Shown: positions 38,987-49,468, counted from the stretch's first letter. The stretch is DNA of 64,000 nt from Candidatus Eiseniibacteriota bacterium (GCA_031370645.1 JANMQV010000009.1:25675-89674); one strand, 5' to 3'. Made by a program: numbers and translations. The notes: generated from the sequence alone by a model not told the origin.

Positions 38987-39810
38987 ACGGACTTCCCCGC
39001 CTTCGCCTCCGTCACGGCCGCCAGAAGCGCCGCCGCCACGAGCCTCGCTTCGGTGTCGAGCGCGCGCTGGCGAATGGCGGCCGCCAGTTTTCGCTCCCAG
39101 TCTTCCTTCAATTGGAGCATCCGCCCCGCTTCGCGATCCTCCGCGCGGCGGCGCCGGCCCGACCGCTCCTCCGCGATGAGCGACCGAAAGTGAACCGAGA
39201 GTTGGCGCATCTCGCGATGGAGCTCTCGGCGCATCTTGTCCTCGTACGGCTTCATTCGCTGCCGGATGCGCGACTCGAGAAGCCGAAGCCCTCGAATCCA
39301 CGCGCCGGCGAGCGCCTCCGGATCGGGCGGCGCCAGACGCGCGCGTTCCTCAACGGTCGCTTCGCGAAACGCCGAGTCGGCCGGACGCCCTCCGACCCCA
39401 CGCCCGCCGAGCGGGAGCGTCTGCGTGAGCAACTCCTCCGAGACGTCGTCGCTGCCGTAGCGAATCCGCCAATGGAGACGCACCCAGTATTTCGGCTCCG
39501 GTGCGGCGCCTCGGCCCACCGCCGGCACGTGAGCCACGAGCCGCGTCACGGCACCACGGGACCGTCCCAGCAGGAGGATTCGTTCCGTCAGCGTGGCATC
39601 GTTTTCCGCCCCGCGTGCGGCTCTCCCCGCCGGCGAGGCGAGAATGCGGACTCGCTCCACGCCGAGTTCCTTCGCGAGCGGCGGCGGGAGTTCGGCCTCC
39701 CACGCGGTGCCGCGGCGGTGAACGGTCGCCTGCTGCGATTCGAGGATGGCCGCCAAAAGATCCGGGAGCTCCGAGCGCTCCGGCCCGCGGCGGTTACGGC
39801 GCGGTTTCAT
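38983..39810 (-). CDS. Hypothetical protein coupled to SNF2 helicase (YqhG-like position)
   Basis: Overlaps helicase 3' end; charged helical C-terminus. Confidence 0.6.
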   Translation of the reverse strand: MKPRRNRRGPERSELPDLLAAILESQQATVHRRGTAWEAELPPPLAKELGVERVRILASPAGRAARGAENDATLTERILLLGRSRGAVTRLVAHVPAVGRGAAPEPKYWVRLHWRIRYGSDDVSEELLTQTLPLGGRGVGGRPADSAFREATVEERARLAPPDPEALAGAWIRGLRLLESRIRQRMKPYEDKMRRELHREMRQLSVHFRSLIAEERSGRRRRAEDREAGRMLQLKEDWERKLAAAIRQRALDTEARLVAAALLAAVTEAKAGKSV

Positions 39811-41806
39811 CGGACGCCAGCCCGTCGAGGAGCTGCCGGTCGAGTTCCTCGACCGCGTCGTAGCGCTTCCGGCCGACGAGGAGTGCCGCGCCCAGTTTCG
39901 AGAATTCGCGCTCCAGGTCGCGGTCGCCGCGCGCCTGAGCCCAGATGCTGAACACGGCGTCCTCGAACGAGCCGGCCTCCGCGAAGGGGCCGAGCACCAT
40001 GTCCAAATCCCCGATCACGCTTCGGAAGAGATTGATCTTCTCGTGCACGATCTCGAGGACGTACGCCTCCACGGTGTTTCGCGCCGTGAAGTTGAAGACG
40101 TGGACGTCGTGATCCTGGCCGAGGCGGTGGAGCCGGCCGATGCGCTGCTCGATTCGCATCGGATTCCACGGGAGGTCGTAGTTTACGAGAAGATGGCAGA
40201 ACTGGAGATTCCGCCCCTCGCCGCCCGCCTCCGTGCTCACGAGCACGCGAGCGCGATCCCGAAACTGCGCGATGGCGCTCTCCTTCTCCCGAAGCGAAAG
40301 AGCGCCATGAAACGTCGCCACCTTCACGCCGCGGGCCCGGATCGAGCGCGTGATGAACTCGAGTGTGGCGCGGAATTGCGTGAAGATGACGATCTTGTCG
40401 CGCGACGCCTGCATCAGTTTCACGATCCCCTCGAACTTCGCGTTTGTCTCGATGCCGCGCGCCGCCCGCCACAGCGCTTCGACATCGGTGCGAAAGGCAG
40501 CCATCCCTTCCCGCTGGAGAAGTTTCGCCAGGGTCGGCGCCGCCGCGAACGAGGAGGAGCCGATTTCCTTCTGCAGCGTGAGGAGCGTGAGCTTGATGGC
40601 GCCGCGGCGCGACTCCCGCTGCCCCTGGACGAGGCGCCGCACCAGCTTCGTCACCTCGTCGTAGAGGAATCGTTCTGGCTCGGTGAGGTCGAAGTGGACG
40701 TTCGTCACCTGGCGCTTCGGGAAGCGGATCGAAGTGCTCGCCCGGGTGGTGCGAATCATCGTCTCCCCGAGGAGCGTGGCGAGACGCCCCGTGTTCTGCG
40801 GCATGCGCCGGTCGCCCCGCCGCATGAACTCCCGGCCGAACGTGCGGTAGGTGCCGAGGAGGCCCGGGCGGAGGAGTTGGACCAGGTTGTAGAGCTCATG
40901 GAGATCGTTTTGCACCGGCGTCGCCGTCAGGAGGAGGAGATAGCGCGGCGCCAAACGATCGAGGAACTTCCAGGCGAGCGTCTTCTGGTTCTTCAGGCGG
41001 TGCGCTTCGTCCACGATCACGAGGTCGAACGCGGCGGCGGCCACCTTGTCGCGATGCCGGAGGAGCTTGGCCGTGTCCATCGACGCGAGGAGAAGGGGCT
41101 CTTCCCACCACGCGGTGCCGTGCTTCAGGACGGCGAATTCGAGATCGAACTTCCGCCGGAGCTCCTGGTCCCACTGCTCGACCAGCGATGCCGGCACGAG
41201 CACGAGCGCCCGCTGCACGAGCCCGCGAAGGAGGTACTCCTTCAGCACGAGTCCCGCTTCGATCGTCTTCCCAAGCCCCACTTCGTCGGCCAGGAGCGCG
41301 CGCCCACGCATGCGCCGAAGCGCGGTCATGCAGGCCTGCACCTGATGTTCGTACTTCTGGACGTCGTGGAGGTGTTCGAGGCAAAGCAGCCGGTCGAAGC
41401 CACGGTGGAGCGAATAGCGCTCGGCGCGAAGCCGAACGTCGTGTTCCCGGAGCGGATCGAAGGGGCCGACGAGGAGACGTTGCAGCAGTTCCTCGGCGCC
41501 CGCCGCGATTCGGAATTGTCCGCGCGGCGTGAGTTCGACGCCGCCGGGGCGTGGCCCGACCGGCGTCGGCGCCGGCGCGGGAGCGCCGCCGCGGGGACCG
41601 CTTCCGAGCGGTTCGAGCGGATAGAGCGACGTGAGCCGGCGGATGCCGTCGGGAAACGCGATCTCCAGCACGTCGAAACCGTCGCGGTCTCGAACCTCGA
41701 CGATGAGCCCTTCGCCGAAGGTCTTGTGCACGACCCGGTCGCCAACCCGGAATCCGCGGTACGTCCCCCCCGCCCGGCGGACGTCGCGCCCTACCGGAGC
41801 TCCCAC
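39794..41806 (-). CDS. SNF2/RapA-family helicase (YqhH-like) with N-terminal Tudor-like domain
   Basis: LLADEVGLGKT, DEAH, LTATPVQN, STEAGGEGRNLQ, YDLPWNP, QRIGRLHRLGQ; GTG start 41806. Confidence 0.9.
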   Translation of the reverse strand: MGAPVGRDVRRAGGTYRGFRVGDRVVHKTFGEGLIVEVRDRDGFDVLEIAFPDGIRRLTSLYPLEPLGSGPRGGAPAPAPTPVGPRPGGVELTPRGQFRIAAGAEELLQRLLVGPFDPLREHDVRLRAERYSLHRGFDRLLCLEHLHDVQKYEHQVQACMTALRRMRGRALLADEVGLGKTIEAGLVLKEYLLRGLVQRALVLVPASLVEQWDQELRRKFDLEFAVLKHGTAWWEEPLLLASMDTAKLLRHRDKVAAAAFDLVIVDEAHRLKNQKTLAWKFLDRLAPRYLLLLTATPVQNDLHELYNLVQLLRPGLLGTYRTFGREFMRRGDRRMPQNTGRLATLLGETMIRTTRASTSIRFPKRQVTNVHFDLTEPERFLYDEVTKLVRRLVQGQRESRRGAIKLTLLTLQKEIGSSSFAAAPTLAKLLQREGMAAFRTDVEALWRAARGIETNAKFEGIVKLMQASRDKIVIFTQFRATLEFITRSIRARGVKVATFHGALSLREKESAIAQFRDRARVLVSTEAGGEGRNLQFCHLLVNYDLPWNPMRIEQRIGRLHRLGQDHDVHVFNFTARNTVEAYVLEIVHEKINLFRSVIGDLDMVLGPFAEAGSFEDAVFSIWAQARGDRDLEREFSKLGAALLVGRKRYDAVEELDRQLLDGLASDETAP

Positions 41807-43245
41807 GTCTCCCCTTCCACCGGAATTCGGACGATCGCCGGATTCGGCAGTCCGGCGCGCAGCGCCTCCGCCCGTTCGAGATCGGCGTGGACGATGGCGG
41901 TCCCCAGCGCGGCGCCGCACGAGCGGGCCTGCGCGACGAGCGCCGGATGATCGGCGTGCGCGCTGAACCCGTTCAGCACTTCGATCGTGGCGCGGACGGT
42001 GAAGAAGTCGCCGAGGATGCGCACTTCTTCGCGCCGTTCGACGAGCCGCTTCCCCAGCGTCCCCTCGGCTTGATAGCCGACGATGACGACGGTGTGGCGC
42101 GGATCTTCGATCGTGTGGCGCAAATGATGGAGCACGCGTCCCGCTTCGCACATGCCGGAAGCCGAGATGGTGACGAACGTCCCGGGGCGATCGTTCAAAC
42201 GCTTCGATTCCTCGGCTTCCCTCACCAATTTCACCCGGCGCATGCCGAGCGGGTCGCCCCCGCGGCGAAGGGCGCTGGCCGTCTCCGCGTCGTAGAGCTC
42301 GGGGTGGCGCTGCACGATCTCCTGCACGTTGGCCGCGAGCGGGCTGTCGATGAAGATCGGGATCTCCGGAATGCGGCGCGCGGTGATCAACGTATCGAGC
42401 GCGTGCACGACTTCCTGCGTCCGGCCGACCGCGAACGCCGGGATGACGATGCGCCCCTTCCGTTCGACCGCCTCGTGAACGACGCGCTCCAGGGCCGCGA
42501 GGAGCGAATCCTCGCCGGGGTGCACCTTTCCGCCGTACGTCCCCTCGGTGATCAGGTAGTCGGCCGCCGGGAGCGGCTCCGGGTCTTTCAGAATCGCGCG
42601 GCCGGGGCGGCCGAGATCGCCGCTGAACACGAGACTGCGGGCCCGCGCGCCGTCCTTCCATTTCACGAAGACAGAGGCGGAGCCGAGGATGTGCCCCGCC
42701 TCATGGAACGAGGCGGCGACCCCGGGGAGCGGTTCGAATTCCTTCACGTAGTCGTGGGTGACGAATTGCGAGAGCGCCCGCTCCACGTCGGCTGTGTCGT
42801 AGAGCGGCTCCACCGTGGCACCCGTTCCCTGCCCGCGGGATTCCGCCGCGGCGCGCCGGCCACCACGGTTGCCGCGTCCATTCGCGTCCCGTCCATGGCT
42901 GTTGCGGTGGCGGTTCAGATACTCCGCGTCCTTCATCTGGATGTGCGCCGCGTCGAGGAGCATGGCGCGGCAGAGATCGGCCGTGGCCGGGGTGGCGTGG
43001 ATCGGTCCGTGGTAGCCCGACTTGACCAGAAGCGGGATGGCGCCGCTGTGGTCGATGTGCGCGTGGGAGAGGATCATCGAGTCGACCGACATCGCGGCGA
43101 AGGGGAGCGCGCGGTTCCGCGCCTCGGATTCGGCGCGGCGCCCCTGGAAGAGGCCGCAGTCGAGGAGAATGGAACCCGACGGCCCCATCAGGAGATGCTT
43201 CGAGCCCGTGACGGTGCGGGCCGCGCCCCAGAACATCACCCGCAC
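41791..43245 (-). CDS. Metallo-beta-lactamase/beta-CASP ribonuclease
   Basis: GAARTVTGS, SHAHIDHSG, AGHILGS, FSGDLG, PAFAVGRTQE, FSAHAD. Confidence 0.93.
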   Translation of the reverse strand: MRVMFWGAARTVTGSKHLLMGPSGSILLDCGLFQGRRAESEARNRALPFAAMSVDSMILSHAHIDHSGAIPLLVKSGYHGPIHATPATADLCRAMLLDAAHIQMKDAEYLNRHRNSHGRDANGRGNRGGRRAAAESRGQGTGATVEPLYDTADVERALSQFVTHDYVKEFEPLPGVAASFHEAGHILGSASVFVKWKDGARARSLVFSGDLGRPGRAILKDPEPLPAADYLITEGTYGGKVHPGEDSLLAALERVVHEAVERKGRIVIPAFAVGRTQEVVHALDTLITARRIPEIPIFIDSPLAANVQEIVQRHPELYDAETASALRRGGDPLGMRRVKLVREAEESKRLNDRPGTFVTISASGMCEAGRVLHHLRHTIEDPRHTVVIVGYQAEGTLGKRLVERREEVRILGDFFTVRATIEVLNGFSAHADHPALVAQARSCGAALGTAIVHADLERAEALRAGLPNPAIVRIPVEGETWELR

Positions 43246-43248
43246 GCG

Positions 43249-43998
43249 CTAATCCCCGGGATAGAGATGGATGCCGAGACTCACCTCGCCGATCGAAGTG
43301 AATTCGGAGTTCGCGATCTCGCCGTAGGCGCGGATCGCGCCGTCGACCGATACCCGCGGCCGGATGAACCGTTCGAAGCCGATTCCGACCGTCAGGAAGG
43401 CGCCCTCGTTCACGCGGGAGGAGATCTCCGGCGTGTAGACGACGTCGGGATTCGCGTAGCCGAATCCGACGAGGAAGTAGGGGTGGAGCTCCTTCTCCCG
43501 ATGCCGGTAGAAGACCGCTTCGGACGAGATTGTCGTGATCACGACGTGACTGTCGGCGAAGTCGCCCGGCACGTTGATGGGGGGCTGAATGCTTCCGAAG
43601 CGTTGGTGCTCGAAGGAAAAGCCGAGTGCCGCGGCGCGGCTCAGCATGTAGCGGAAGCGGAGCGCGTACCCCGGTCCCTGATCGAATCCATCGGCGATTC
43701 GCGACGTTCCGCGCGCCACGCCGAACTGACCCTGGACACCGAGGCTGATCGTATTGGGACGAAGGCGCCGCATGACCGGCCCCCGCACCGTCGGTTCTGG
43801 CGCCGGCTGCCGCGCCGCGCTCGCCACGCGAAGGAAACTCTCCTGGCCTCCGACGGCCGCCACCAGTTCGCCATGGGCGGCGCTCCCCCACGACTCCGGC
43901 GCCCATGTCTGGGCATCGCCGGCGTGCGGCGCCGCGAGGATCAGCGCCGCGAGGAGCGCCACAGCGCCCCCCGTCACACCGCTACACATCCGATTCAT
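43249..43998 (-). CDS. Small outer-membrane beta-barrel protein
   Basis: Signal peptide, amphipathic strands, HPYFLVGFGY, terminal VSLGIHLY. Confidence 0.68.
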   Translation of the reverse strand: MNRMCSGVTGGAVALLAALILAAPHAGDAQTWAPESWGSAAHGELVAAVGGQESFLRVASAARQPAPEPTVRGPVMRRLRPNTISLGVQGQFGVARGTSRIADGFDQGPGYALRFRYMLSRAAALGFSFEHQRFGSIQPPINVPGDFADSHVVITTISSEAVFYRHREKELHPYFLVGFGYANPDVVYTPEISSRVNEGAFLTVGIGFERFIRPRVSVDGAIRAYGEIANSEFTSIGEVSLGIHLYPGD

Positions 43999-44021
43999 CC
44001 AACCTCCCCTTCCCGGCGGCG

Positions 44022-44921
44022 TCACGAAGCCCGAGGGTGGAACTTCGTGTGCACCTCGCGGAGATAATTCCGATCGAGGTGCGTGTAGATCTGCGTCGTT
44101 TCAATCGACCGATGCCCGAGAAACTCCTGAACCACGCGAAGGTCGCAACCCCCTTCGAGTAGGTGCGTCGCGCAGGAGTGCCGCAGCGTGTGCGGAGAAA
44201 CGGCCTGTACGATCCCGGCGCCCCGCGCGTGCGCCTGAAGAAGTTTCCAGTACCCCATGCGGGTGAACGGCCGTCCGAACCGCGTGAGGAAAATAGCCCG
44301 CTCCCCGCGATCTTTCAGAAACGCGCCGCGAAAGCCGTCGAGATACCGGACGATCGCTTCACGCGCCTTGCTCCCGAAGGGGACGATCCGCTCCCGCTGT
44401 CGCTTCCCGCGGCAGCGGACCAACCCCTCCTCGAGATCGATCTCCTCGAGCCGAAGTCCCGTCAGTTCGCTCGCGCGGAGCCCGGTCGCGTACGCCAACT
44501 CGAGCATCGCCCGGTCGCGGACCGGCTGCGGTCCCTCCCCGCGCGGCGCGGCGAGAAGCGACTCCACCTGCTCCACGGTCAAGACGTCGGGGAGCGGGCG
44601 CGCTCTTCGCGGCGGCCGGACCGAGAGCCCCGGATTGTCCCCCGCCCCCCCGCGCCGGCGCAAGAACTCGTGGAACGCCCGGATGGCGGCGATCTTTCGG
44701 GCGGCGGTCGATGCGGCCCACCCCCCGGTCGAGAGGAAGCGCTCCACGTCGGCCGGTTTCACCCGCTCGGGCTCCGTGATGCGCTGTCCGGCGAGATAGC
44801 GGCCGTATTGGGAAACGTCCTCGGCGTAGGCGCGCACCGTGTGCTCGCTCAGCCGCCGCTCCAGCGCGAGATGATCCCGGAAGCGCCCGACCAGCACGTC
44901 CCAGGCGGCCGGCTTGGTCAC
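44022..44921 (-). CDS. xerD: Tyrosine recombinase XerD
   Basis: RDRAMLELAYATGLRASEL, SPHTLRHSCATHLL, VQEFLGH, TTQIYTH; GTG start 44921. Confidence 0.88.
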   Translation of the reverse strand: MTKPAAWDVLVGRFRDHLALERRLSEHTVRAYAEDVSQYGRYLAGQRITEPERVKPADVERFLSTGGWAASTAARKIAAIRAFHEFLRRRGGAGDNPGLSVRPPRRARPLPDVLTVEQVESLLAAPRGEGPQPVRDRAMLELAYATGLRASELTGLRLEEIDLEEGLVRCRGKRQRERIVPFGSKAREAIVRYLDGFRGAFLKDRGERAIFLTRFGRPFTRMGYWKLLQAHARGAGIVQAVSPHTLRHSCATHLLEGGCDLRVVQEFLGHRSIETTQIYTHLDRNYLREVHTKFHPRAS

Positions 44922-45475
44922 GATTGGCTCCGACGGCGCGGCGCCTGCATGCCGAGTTCGAGCTGCCCCCGCTCGTGCTCGAGCAGGAATCGCTTCCAGC
45001 GGAGGCCACTCGAAAATCCGCCGATCCCCTGATCCGATTGGATGACTCGATGACACGGGATGACGATCGGAACCGGATTCGCGCCGAGCGCGTTCCCCAC
45101 GGCGCGGCTCGCGCCCGGCACTCCGATGCGCCGGGCAAGTTCGCCATACGACCAGACTCCGCCGACCGGAATGCGGCGCGCGGCGTCCCAAACGCGTCGC
45201 TGGAACGCTGTTCCCGCTTCGACGTCGAGCGGAAGCGCGTCGAGCGGCGCGCGCGACGCAAGGTAGCCCGAGAGCGCCTTCTCGGCGACGTCCGTCCAAG
45301 AGGGGCGGCGGACGAAGGAGATGCCGCGTTCCTTCCCTTCGCGCGCCGACGGGGCGCCCGTGCCGCCGAGCCTCAGCTCGCGAATTCCATTCTCCGTGCA
45401 AAGAATCCAGATCGCGCCGACCGGTGTCGCGACCGACGCCGTCGCGATCTCCACGCGAGGTGCATTCGATTTCAT
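44918..45475 (-). CDS. ogt: Methylated-DNA--protein-cysteine methyltransferase
   Basis: GTAFQRRVW, SYGELA, RAVGNA, IPCHRV. Confidence 0.93.
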   Translation of the reverse strand: MKSNAPRVEIATASVATPVGAIWILCTENGIRELRLGGTGAPSAREGKERGISFVRRPSWTDVAEKALSGYLASRAPLDALPLDVEAGTAFQRRVWDAARRIPVGGVWSYGELARRIGVPGASRAVGNALGANPVPIVIPCHRVIQSDQGIGGFSSGLRWKRFLLEHERGQLELGMQAPRRRSQS

Positions 45476-47400
45476 CGCTCTCCTCCGACGGGGGCGGCCA
45501 ACGCCTCCTGGATCCGGATCGCCATCGCGCGCCCGATACCCGGGACCTCGGCCAGCGCCTCGGCCGGTTCGCGGCGAATGCGCGCCACCGAACCGAAGCG
45601 GGCCAAGAGAAGCGCGCGGCGTCGCGGGCCGAGCCCCGGCACCGCGTCGAGCACCGACTCCTTGGCGCCCCGACCCCGAAGCGCACGATGGTACGTGATC
45701 GCGAAGCGATGCGCCTCGTCCCGCAGTCGCTGGAGGAGCCGGAGTTCCGGCGCGCGGCGAGAAAGGCGAAGCGGCGCGCCGGAAGGACGGACGATTTCCT
45801 CCAGCCGCTTCGCGAGCCCAACGAACGGTACCGTCTCGATGGGCGTCCCCGCCGCCGCGGCGCGCGCCGCGTTCAATTGTCCCGCGCCGCCGTCGATCAC
45901 GTAGAGGTCAGCCGCGGGGAGTGCCCCCTCCGCCACGCGCGCGGCGTGGCGCCGCACCGCTTCAGCAATCGAGGCGAAGTCGTCCTGACCTTCCACGGTT
46001 CGCATCCGGAAGCGGCGATACTCCGATTTCGCGGCACGCCCGTCGAGAAAGGTGACCATCGAGGCGACGACGAACGTTCCCTGCAGATTCGAAACGTCGA
46101 AGCAGCGGAGCCGCCGCGGAGGGCGAGCGAGCGAGAGGGCGCGCTGGAGCGCGAGCGATTCCTCCCCCACGACGCCCGAGAGACCGTCGGGCGCGTCGCC
46201 GCGCGCGCGGGCGAGAAGCATCGCCGCGTTTCGCCGCGCGCTGCGAGCCAAGGTGCGCTCGGCGAGGTCCCTCGGGGCGCGGATCCGAACCGGCGTCGCC
46301 GCACTTCGCGAGAGAAACGATTCCAACAGCTCGCGCTCCTCCGGCGTCTCGCCCGGGTCCGATTCAACGACCAGCGTCTCGGGGATGGCGTCGTCCGGCG
46401 CGTAGTAGAGCCCCACGAAGGCGCCCGCTACCGCGCCGTCCGAAGCCGACCCCGTGCCACGGAGCCAGCGCACGTCGCGCGCCACGACGCTCCGATCGCG
46501 AATTTTCAAGACGACGGCGCAGGCTTCCCCGTCGTCGCGCGCCACGCCGACGATGTCGACCGAGGCGCCGCTCACGTCGACCATTCTCTGGCGCGCCAAG
46601 ACCGACTCGAGCTTTCGGATCTGGTCTCGTAGCTTCCCCGCCTGCTCGTACTCGCGGCGCGCGGAGGCGTCCTCGAGAAGCGCGCGGAAACGCGCCACCA
46701 CCTCTTCGCGACGGCCGGAGAGGAAATCGCAGAACTGGCCGACCATCGCGCGATACTCCTCCCGCGATTGCGCGCCGATGCAGGGACCGGTGCAGCGCCC
46801 GATGTGGAAGTCGAGGCACTCGCGCTTCGCCGCGATGTGGCTGTCGATATCACGGCAGGAGCGCATCGGGAAGATGGAACGAGTCATGTAGAGGAGTTGC
46901 CTCAGCCCCTTCACCTCGGTGTAGGGACCGAAATAGCGCGCGCCGTCCCGAACCTGGCGCCGCACGAGCGTCAGACGCGGAAAGGGCTCGTTCCAGGAGA
47001 TGCGGACGTACGGGTAGCGCTTGTCGTCTTTCAGCCGGATATTGTATGGAGGCTGATTCTCGCGGACGAGCGTCGCTTCGAGCAGGAGCGCGTCGATCTC
47101 CGACTCGACCGCGATGTATTCGACGTCGTGCACCCGCCGGATGAGGGCCGCTTGCTTTGGCCCTACAGCGCCTGGATCCTGGAAGTGGGAGCGCACCCGC
47201 TGGTCGAGGCGTTTCGCCTTTCCGACATAGAGCAGATCCCCTTTCCGGTCGCGGAACAAATAGACACCGGGCTGGGGCGGCAACGCGGCCAGCTTCTCGG
47301 ACAAGGCGTGGGTCGGTGTGGACGCGGGGGACGACGCGAGCGAGTGAGGCGGGTCGGTGGGACTGCCGGCATCGCGCCGGCCCGGGCTGCGCGGAGCCAT
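45472..47400 (-). CDS. uvrC: Excinuclease ABC subunit C
   Basis: PGVYLF..YVGKAK GIY-YIG, PPYNIRLKDDK, CFDVSN, IDGGAGQL, RLRDEAHRFA, HhH. Confidence 0.96.
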   Translation of the reverse strand: MAPRSPGRRDAGSPTDPPHSLASSPASTPTHALSEKLAALPPQPGVYLFRDRKGDLLYVGKAKRLDQRVRSHFQDPGAVGPKQAALIRRVHDVEYIAVESEIDALLLEATLVRENQPPYNIRLKDDKRYPYVRISWNEPFPRLTLVRRQVRDGARYFGPYTEVKGLRQLLYMTRSIFPMRSCRDIDSHIAAKRECLDFHIGRCTGPCIGAQSREEYRAMVGQFCDFLSGRREEVVARFRALLEDASARREYEQAGKLRDQIRKLESVLARQRMVDVSGASVDIVGVARDDGEACAVVLKIRDRSVVARDVRWLRGTGSASDGAVAGAFVGLYYAPDDAIPETLVVESDPGETPEERELLESFLSRSAATPVRIRAPRDLAERTLARSARRNAAMLLARARGDAPDGLSGVVGEESLALQRALSLARPPRRLRCFDVSNLQGTFVVASMVTFLDGRAAKSEYRRFRMRTVEGQDDFASIAEAVRRHAARVAEGALPAADLYVIDGGAGQLNAARAAAAGTPIETVPFVGLAKRLEEIVRPSGAPLRLSRRAPELRLLQRLRDEAHRFAITYHRALRGRGAKESVLDAVPGLGPRRRALLLARFGSVARIRREPAEALAEVPGIGRAMAIRIQEALAAPVGGER

Positions 47401-47407
47401 CGGGCGG

Positions 47408-47460
47408 AGTATATCACGCGCTACCATGCGATTGACAGAAACGGACGGGTCCAGTAAGGT
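47408..47460. promoter_or_regulatory. Divergent promoters for uvrC (extended -10, leaderless) and rpsT
   Basis: Minus: TGaTATACT-N7-ATG; plus: TTGACA(47432)-N17-TAAGGT. Confidence 0.7.
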
Positions 47461-47505
47461 TCCTCGTTCACGTTGAAGAACGATTCGGACTCGTGGAGGT
47501 TAGGA

Positions 47506-47757
47506 ATGCCGCATCACAAATCAGCGGAAAAGCGCATGCGGACGACGCAGCGCGACCGCACGCGCAACATCGCCGTGAAGACGGGCCTCAAGTCGATGCT
47601 CAAGAAGGTCGCGGAAGCGCCTACGGACAAGGAACTTATCCGTAGCACCGTTTCCCTCGTGGATCGCGCCGTTCGGAAGGGTGTCCTGCCAAAGGCCGCC
47701 GCGAACCGCCGGAAGTCCCGCCTCGCGAAGGCGGCCAACCGAGCCGCTAAGAAGTAG
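47506..47757 (+). CDS. rpsT: 30S ribosomal protein S20
   Basis: MPHHKSAEKRMR..DRAVRKGVL..AANRRKSRL; GGAGGT RBS. Confidence 0.95.
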   Translation: MPHHKSAEKRMRTTQRDRTRNIAVKTGLKSMLKKVAEAPTDKELIRSTVSLVDRAVRKGVLPKAAANRRKSRLAKAANRAAKK

Positions 47758-49468
47758 CCGTCTTCAGCGCCTCGCGCACACGCGCGATCACGGCCGTGGC
47801 CGCGTCTCCAACCGGGACGCGCACCACGGCCGAAGTCTTTCGATCCCTCAACTCCACGATGCCGTCCGCCAGCCCCTTCTCTCCGATCGTCACTCGAAGC
47901 GGCACTCCCAGCAGGTCGGCGTCCTTGAACTTCGCGCCCGGCCGCTCGTCCCGATCGTCGAGGAGCGCTTCGATTCCCGCCTCCATCAGCGCCGCGTAGA
48001 GCGCCTCCGCGGTCTCTCGCGTGCGCGCCTCCTTGGCGTTCACCGGCACGATGTGGACCTGGTACGGTGCGATCGGCATCGGCCATATGATGCCGTTCTC
48101 GTCGTTCGACTGCTCGATGGCGGCGGCCACGATGCGCGTCACGCCGATCCCGTAGCACCCCATGACGATCGTCCGTTCGGTCCCTTCCGCGTCGAGAAAA
48201 CGCGCGGCCATCGATTCCGAGTACTTCGTGCCCAGCTTGAAGACGTGCCCGACCTCGATGCCGCGGCTGACCGCCATCACCTCGCCGCAGCGGGCGCAGC
48301 GATCCCCTTCCTTCGCGGTCGTCAGATCGGCCCGCTCCCCCGCAGTCACGTCGCGGCCGAGCCGAACGTTCAGCAGATGGGTGTCGCGCCGGTTGCCGCC
48401 CGTGACGTAGTTCCGCCCTTCCTGGATCGTCGCGTCGACGATCATGCGGATCTTCCCGCCGAGACCGACCGGCCCCGTGAACCCGAGCGGCCCGCCGGTG
48501 AGCTGCTCGATTTCAGCGCCGGTCGCAAGCCGTAGCGGCGCGCCTCCCAGGTGGCGCGCCAACTTCGCTTCGTTCAGTTCGCGGTCGCCCGGAACGATCG
48601 CCAGAATCGGCTCGTCGTCGCCAAAGAGGACAAGACTCTTCAGGAGGCGATCCGGCATGACGTGAAGAAACGCCGCCACCTCTTCAACGGTTCGCTTCTC
48701 CGGCGTCTCCTTCTCGGCGAGCGCTTCCGCTTTCTCCTCCGGAAACGGCTTCCATGCGAACTTGGCGCTCTCGGACGACGCGGCGTAGCCGCACGCCGAG
48801 GCGAAGATCTCCGCCTCGCCGGAATCGGCCGTCACCATGAACTCGTGGTTCACGTCGCCGCCGATGGCGCCCGAGTCTGCTTCCACCACGACGAAGGTGA
48901 GCCCGCAGCGGCGGAAGATGGTCGAGTAGGCGGCGTGCATCCGTTCGTACGTCTCATTGAGCTGCGCCTCGTCGACGTGGAACGAGTAGGCGTCCTTCAT
49001 GAGGAACTCGCGCGCGCGCATGAGTCCGAAGCGCGGCCGGATCTCGTCTCGAAATTTCACGCCGATCTGGTAGAGGTTCTGCGGCAGATCGCGGTAGGAA
49101 CGGACGTGGCTACGGACGAGGTCGGTGATCGCCTCTTCGTGCGTCGGTCCGAGCACGTAGTCGCGGTCGTGGCGGTCGCGCTGGCGAAAGAGCTCCTTCC
49201 CGTACTTCTCCCAGCGGCCGGTCTCCTTCCAGAGTTCGGCCGGCATCATGATCGGAAGAAGCACCTCCTGCGCGCCGGTGCGATCCATCTCCTCGCGGAC
49301 GATCTGCGCGACCTTCTTCGTCACGCGCCATCCGATCGGGAGGAGGCTGTAGATGCCGGCGGCGTGCTTGCGGAGCATGCCGGCGCGAACCATGAGCTTG
49401 TGACTCACGAGTTCGGCGTCGGCCGGGTCTTCCTTCAGCGTCGGGAGAAATGCCTGGGACAGGCGCAT
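47747..49468 (-). CDS. proS: Proline--tRNA ligase (bacterial type with editing domain)
   Basis: SHKLMVRAG, GPTHEE, FRDEIRPRFGLMRAREF, MGCYGIG. Confidence 0.97.
   Translation of the reverse strand: MRLSQAFLPTLKEDPADAELVSHKLMVRAGMLRKHAAGIYSLLPIGWRVTKKVAQIVREEMDRTGAQEVLLPIMMPAELWKETGRWEKYGKELFRQRDRHDRDYVLGPTHEEAITDLVRSHVRSYRDLPQNLYQIGVKFRDEIRPRFGLMRAREFLMKDAYSFHVDEAQLNETYERMHAAYSTIFRRCGLTFVVVEADSGAIGGDVNHEFMVTADSGEAEIFASACGYAASSESAKFAWKPFPEEKAEALAEKETPEKRTVEEVAAFLHVMPDRLLKSLVLFGDDEPILAIVPGDRELNEAKLARHLGGAPLRLATGAEIEQLTGGPLGFTGPVGLGGKIRMIVDATIQEGRNYVTGGNRRDTHLLNVRLGRDVTAGERADLTTAKEGDRCARCGEVMAVSRGIEVGHVFKLGTKYSESMAARFLDAEGTERTIVMGCYGIGVTRIVAAAIEQSNDENGIIWPMPIAPYQVHIVPVNAKEARTRETAEALYAALMEAGIEALLDDRDERPGAKFKDADLLGVPLRVTIGEKGLADGIVELRDRKTSAVVRVPVGDAATAVIARVREALKTATS

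Noticed and set aside
42825-42915. Gly/Arg/Asn-rich insertion in the beta-CASP nuclease
   Set aside because: Falls in a loop that is variable in this family; no further support
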